Source of the DNA: Microbacteriaceae bacterium
GTDB taxonomy: Bacteria; Actinomycetota; Actinomycetes; Actinomycetales; Microbacteriaceae
Direction: 5' to 3'
NCBI GenBank assembly: GCA_035556395.1
Contig: DATMFB010000014.1
Location: 1-49,175 of the forward strand
Length of the DNA stretch: 49,175 nt
Below are positions 44,733 through 49,175 of this stretch, piece by piece. Within the stretch, counting starts at the first letter, position 1, and each line of letters starts with the position of its first letter. Under the pieces are notes generated by a model. That model was not told the DNA's origin. It made no database searches and saw only the letters and a list, made by a program, of their open reading frames with translations. A program made the translations under genes and the position numbers.

Positions 44733-45650
44733 TTGAACGCCGAGGAGCGGTTTGCAGCACTCGGCGCCGCGCCGTTCCACGGGCGCCGCAACGGCGGCCC
44801 GACTGAGTCGTCGATCGGCGCGATCGGGCAGGTCCGCGAGATCCTGCGTCAACGACATGCATTGTCGCTCCTCATCCGGCGAGATCTGAAGGCTCGCTAC
44901 AAGGACAGCGCACTCGGCTTCCTGTGGACGCTTGCGCGGCCGCTGACGCAACTCGCGGTCTATGTCGTCGTCATCGGCCATTTCCTCGGCGCTGCACGCG
45001 GCATTCCAGACTTCGCGATCTACGTCTACACGGGGATCGCGGCCTACACGCTCTTCTCCGACATCGTGACGGGGGGCACCGGCTCGATCATCGGCAATGC
45101 GGGGCTCGTGAAAAAGGTCTCCGTACCGCGAGAGCTCTACCCGATCGCGAGCGTCGGCGGGGCGCTCTTCAACTACGCGGTCCAGGTCGTCGTGCTGATC
45201 CTGGCGACCATCGTCTTCAACGCGTTCCCGTGGAGCTGGGATCTCCTCTACGCGATTCCCGGGATCCTGCTCATCGTCGTCTACGGCACCGGCCTCGCCC
45301 TGCTGCTGTCAGCCCTGACCGTCTTCCTCCGCGACGTCAGCTACGTCGTCGAGGTGATGCTGCTCCTGCTCATCTGGATGAGCCCGATCGTTTACTCCTG
45401 GGCGATGGTCCGGGATGCCGTCTCCACCCTCCCCGGCGGTCCGATCTGGGTCGAGATCTATACCGCGAATCCGCTGACCCTCAGCGTGCTCTCGCTGCAG
45501 AAGGCGTTCTGGGCCAGCGGAGCCGGCGCAGAGTATCCCACTGACCTACTGCTGCGCATCGGGATCGCCCTAGCGGTCGGTCTCGTCCTGCTCGTCTTCG
45601 GCCACTGGGTCTTCCGCAGGCTCCAGGGCAACTTCGCACAGGAGCTCTGA
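44733..45650 (+). CDS. wzm: ABC-2-type polysaccharide/teichoic-acid export permease (Wzm/TagG-like)
   Basis: 305 aa. LIRRDLKARYKDSALGFLWTLARPLTQLAVYVVV and 6 hydrophobic helices. The start (TTG 44733) is uncertain. Confidence 0.85.
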   Translation: MNAEERFAALGAAPFHGRRNGGPTESSIGAIGQVREILRQRHALSLLIRRDLKARYKDSALGFLWTLARPLTQLAVYVVVIGHFLGAARGIPDFAIYVYTGIAAYTLFSDIVTGGTGSIIGNAGLVKKVSVPRELYPIASVGGALFNYAVQVVVLILATIVFNAFPWSWDLLYAIPGILLIVVYGTGLALLLSALTVFLRDVSYVVEVMLLLLIWMSPIVYSWAMVRDAVSTLPGGPIWVEIYTANPLTLSVLSLQKAFWASGAGAEYPTDLLLRIGIALAVGLVLLVFGHWVFRRLQGNFAQEL

Positions 45651-45653
45651 CCG

Positions 45654-47874
<2,221 letters not shown>

Positions 47875-47875
47875 C

Positions 47876-48769
47876 GTGACGCGCATCGCCGTCGTCGGGG
47901 CGAACGGGATGCTGGGGTCGGATCTGGTGGCCGCCCTTCGAGGTCTCGATACGCGCCTGCGGCGCACTCGACCCGCGCCCACTGCGCTCGAGACAACGCC
48001 GCTCACCCGCGCCGACTTCGATGTGACCGACGCGCCTGCGGCCCGGAAAGCGCTCGACGGCTTCGACGTCATCGTCAACTGCACCGCGTGGAACCGGGTC
48101 GACGACGCCGAGACGATGGAGGCCGAGGCGTTCGCGGTCAACGCGGACGGCCCCGCCAACCTCGCTGCTGCCGCGCACGCGACGGGCGCGAGGCTCATCC
48201 ACGTCTCGACCGACTACGTATTCGACGGCTCCGCGACCTCGCCCATCCCGGAGGACGCCCCGCGCAACCCGGTGTCCGCCTACGGCCGCTCTAAGGCGGC
48301 CGGCGAGGAACGCGCGCTTGCTGCGAACCCTGGCGCGACCGCGATCGTGCGCACCGCCTGGCTCTACGGCGAGCACGGGCCGAGCTTTCCGCGGACGATG
48401 CTGCGCCTCGCGAACGAGCGCGACACGATCGCCGTCGTGACCGACCAGGTCGGTCAGCCGACCTGGACGCGCGACCTCGCGGAGCAGATCGTCCGGCTCA
48501 TCGACGCCGGCGAGCCCGCGGGGATCTACCACGGCACGAACTCGGGCGAGACGAGCTGGTACGAGTTCGCCCGCGAGGTGTTCCGCCTCGCAGACCTGGA
48601 GCCCGAGCGCATCCGGCCGACCGATTCGACCGCGTTCGTCCGCGCGGCTCCGCGCCCGGCGTTCTCCGTCCTCCGCCACGAGGCCTGGCGAGGCGTCGGC
48701 ATCGAGCCCATGCGACCGTGGCAGGACGCCCTCGCCGACGCGATGGCCCTCGGTATCCTGGGGGCATGA
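47876..48769 (+). CDS. rmlD: dTDP-4-dehydrorhamnose reductase
   Basis: 297 aa, GTG start 1 nt after the rmlB stop. IAVVGANGMLGSDL, HVSTDYVFDG, and YGRSKAAGEE. Confidence 0.9.
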   Translation: MTRIAVVGANGMLGSDLVAALRGLDTRLRRTRPAPTALETTPLTRADFDVTDAPAARKALDGFDVIVNCTAWNRVDDAETMEAEAFAVNADGPANLAAAAHATGARLIHVSTDYVFDGSATSPIPEDAPRNPVSAYGRSKAAGEERALAANPGATAIVRTAWLYGEHGPSFPRTMLRLANERDTIAVVTDQVGQPTWTRDLAEQIVRLIDAGEPAGIYHGTNSGETSWYEFAREVFRLADLEPERIRPTDSTAFVRAAPRPAFSVLRHEAWRGVGIEPMRPWQDALADAMALGILGA

Positions 48770-49175
48770 CGACCGCGCCGCGCGTCCTCGTCGACGCGAC
48801 GGCGATCCCGGCCGATCGGGCCGGTGTCGGTCGCTACGTCGACGAGCTGCTGCGCGCACTCGACGCCGCGGGCGAGCCCATCGCGATCGCGTGCCAGGCG
48901 CGCGACGAGGCGCACTACGTCGCGACGTGCCCGGGTGCGACGATCCTGCCGGTCGCGGGCATCGAGCGGACACTCCGGCGCTTCGCCTGGGAGCAGTTCG
49001 GCCTCCCCCGTCTCGCGAAGCGCGCGGGCGTCCGACTCATCCACTCCCCCCACTACACGCTGCCCCTCGCTACCCGCAGGAAGCGGACGGTCGCGTTCCA
49101 CGATGCGACGTTCTGGAGCGACCCGGGCGTCCACACGCGTGCGAAGCGCCGCTTCTTTCCCGCCTGGATGCGGCT
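48766..49175 (+). CDS. GT4-type glycosyltransferase, N-terminal fragment (runs off the right edge of the window)
   Basis: ATG 48766 overlaps the rmlD stop (ATGA). My translation is MTTAPRVLVDATAIPADRAGVGRYVDELLRALDAAGEPIAIACQ...RLIHSPHYTLPL...VAFHDATFW, open to the window end. It is typical of the Glyco_trans_4 N-domain and is absent from the ORF track because it has no stop. Confidence 0.7.
   Translation, partial: MTTAPRVLVDATAIPADRAGVGRYVDELLRALDAAGEPIAIACQARDEAHYVATCPGATILPVAGIERTLRRFAWEQFGLPRLAKRAGVRLIHSPHYTLPLATRRKRTVAFHDATFWSDPGVHTRAKRRFFPAWMR

Overview
High-G+C actinobacterial chromosomal DNA, probably from a Micrococcales/Microbacteriaceae-like genome (inferred from whiB-manA synteny and protein content; no search was run). 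My gene model has 47 CDS, two cut by the window edges, and leaves about 1.06 kb non-coding. I recognised no rRNA, tRNA, CRISPR array, transposase, integrase or phage gene. Apart from a WhiB-family regulator and manA at the left edge, the window is one very large cell-envelope glycopolymer cluster.

Contents:
- Nucleotide-sugar pathways: GDP-L-fucose (gmd, fcl); dTDP-L-rhamnose, split into rmlA/rmlC at 18.8-20.3 kb and rmlB/rmlD at 46.9-48.8 kb; a dTDP-3-acetamido-3,6-dideoxyhexose (FdtA/QdtA-like isomerase, DegT-type aminotransferase, hexapeptide acetyltransferase); galE plus three further SDR epimerase/dehydratases.
- Transferases: 10 GT2 genes, 3 GT4-type genes, a GT11 fucosyltransferase, a GT61/DUF563-like protein and a TagF-like phosphotransferase.
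- Three of the GT2 genes are of the polyprenyl-phosphate-sugar synthase type, and five large polytopic membrane proteins look GT-C-like.
- Export: a Wzx-like flippase and a Wzm/Wzt ABC transporter.
- Others: two methyltransferases and a 1220-aa secreted wall protein with about 17 LGFP repeats.

Best candidates for undescribed biology:
1. The sub-island at about 36.1-44.7 kb has visibly lower GC3. It encodes an Arn-like 'build on lipid, flip, transfer outside' module centred on an unusual single-polypeptide fusion of a polyprenyl-P glycosyltransferase (GT2) with a PaaK/F390-synthetase-like adenylate-forming domain. The partners are an MprF-type (UPF0104) flippase-like protein, two SDR enzymes and a GT-C-like protein.
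2. A HAD-IB / LicC-like nucleotidyltransferase / methyltransferase / TagF-like set at 29.4-32.4 kb suggests a CDP-activated phospho-alcohol decoration.
3. A translationally coupled tandem pair of paralogous polytopic membrane proteins of unknown family lies next to the flippase.

All functional calls rest on motif recognition by eye. No HMM or BLAST search was possible.
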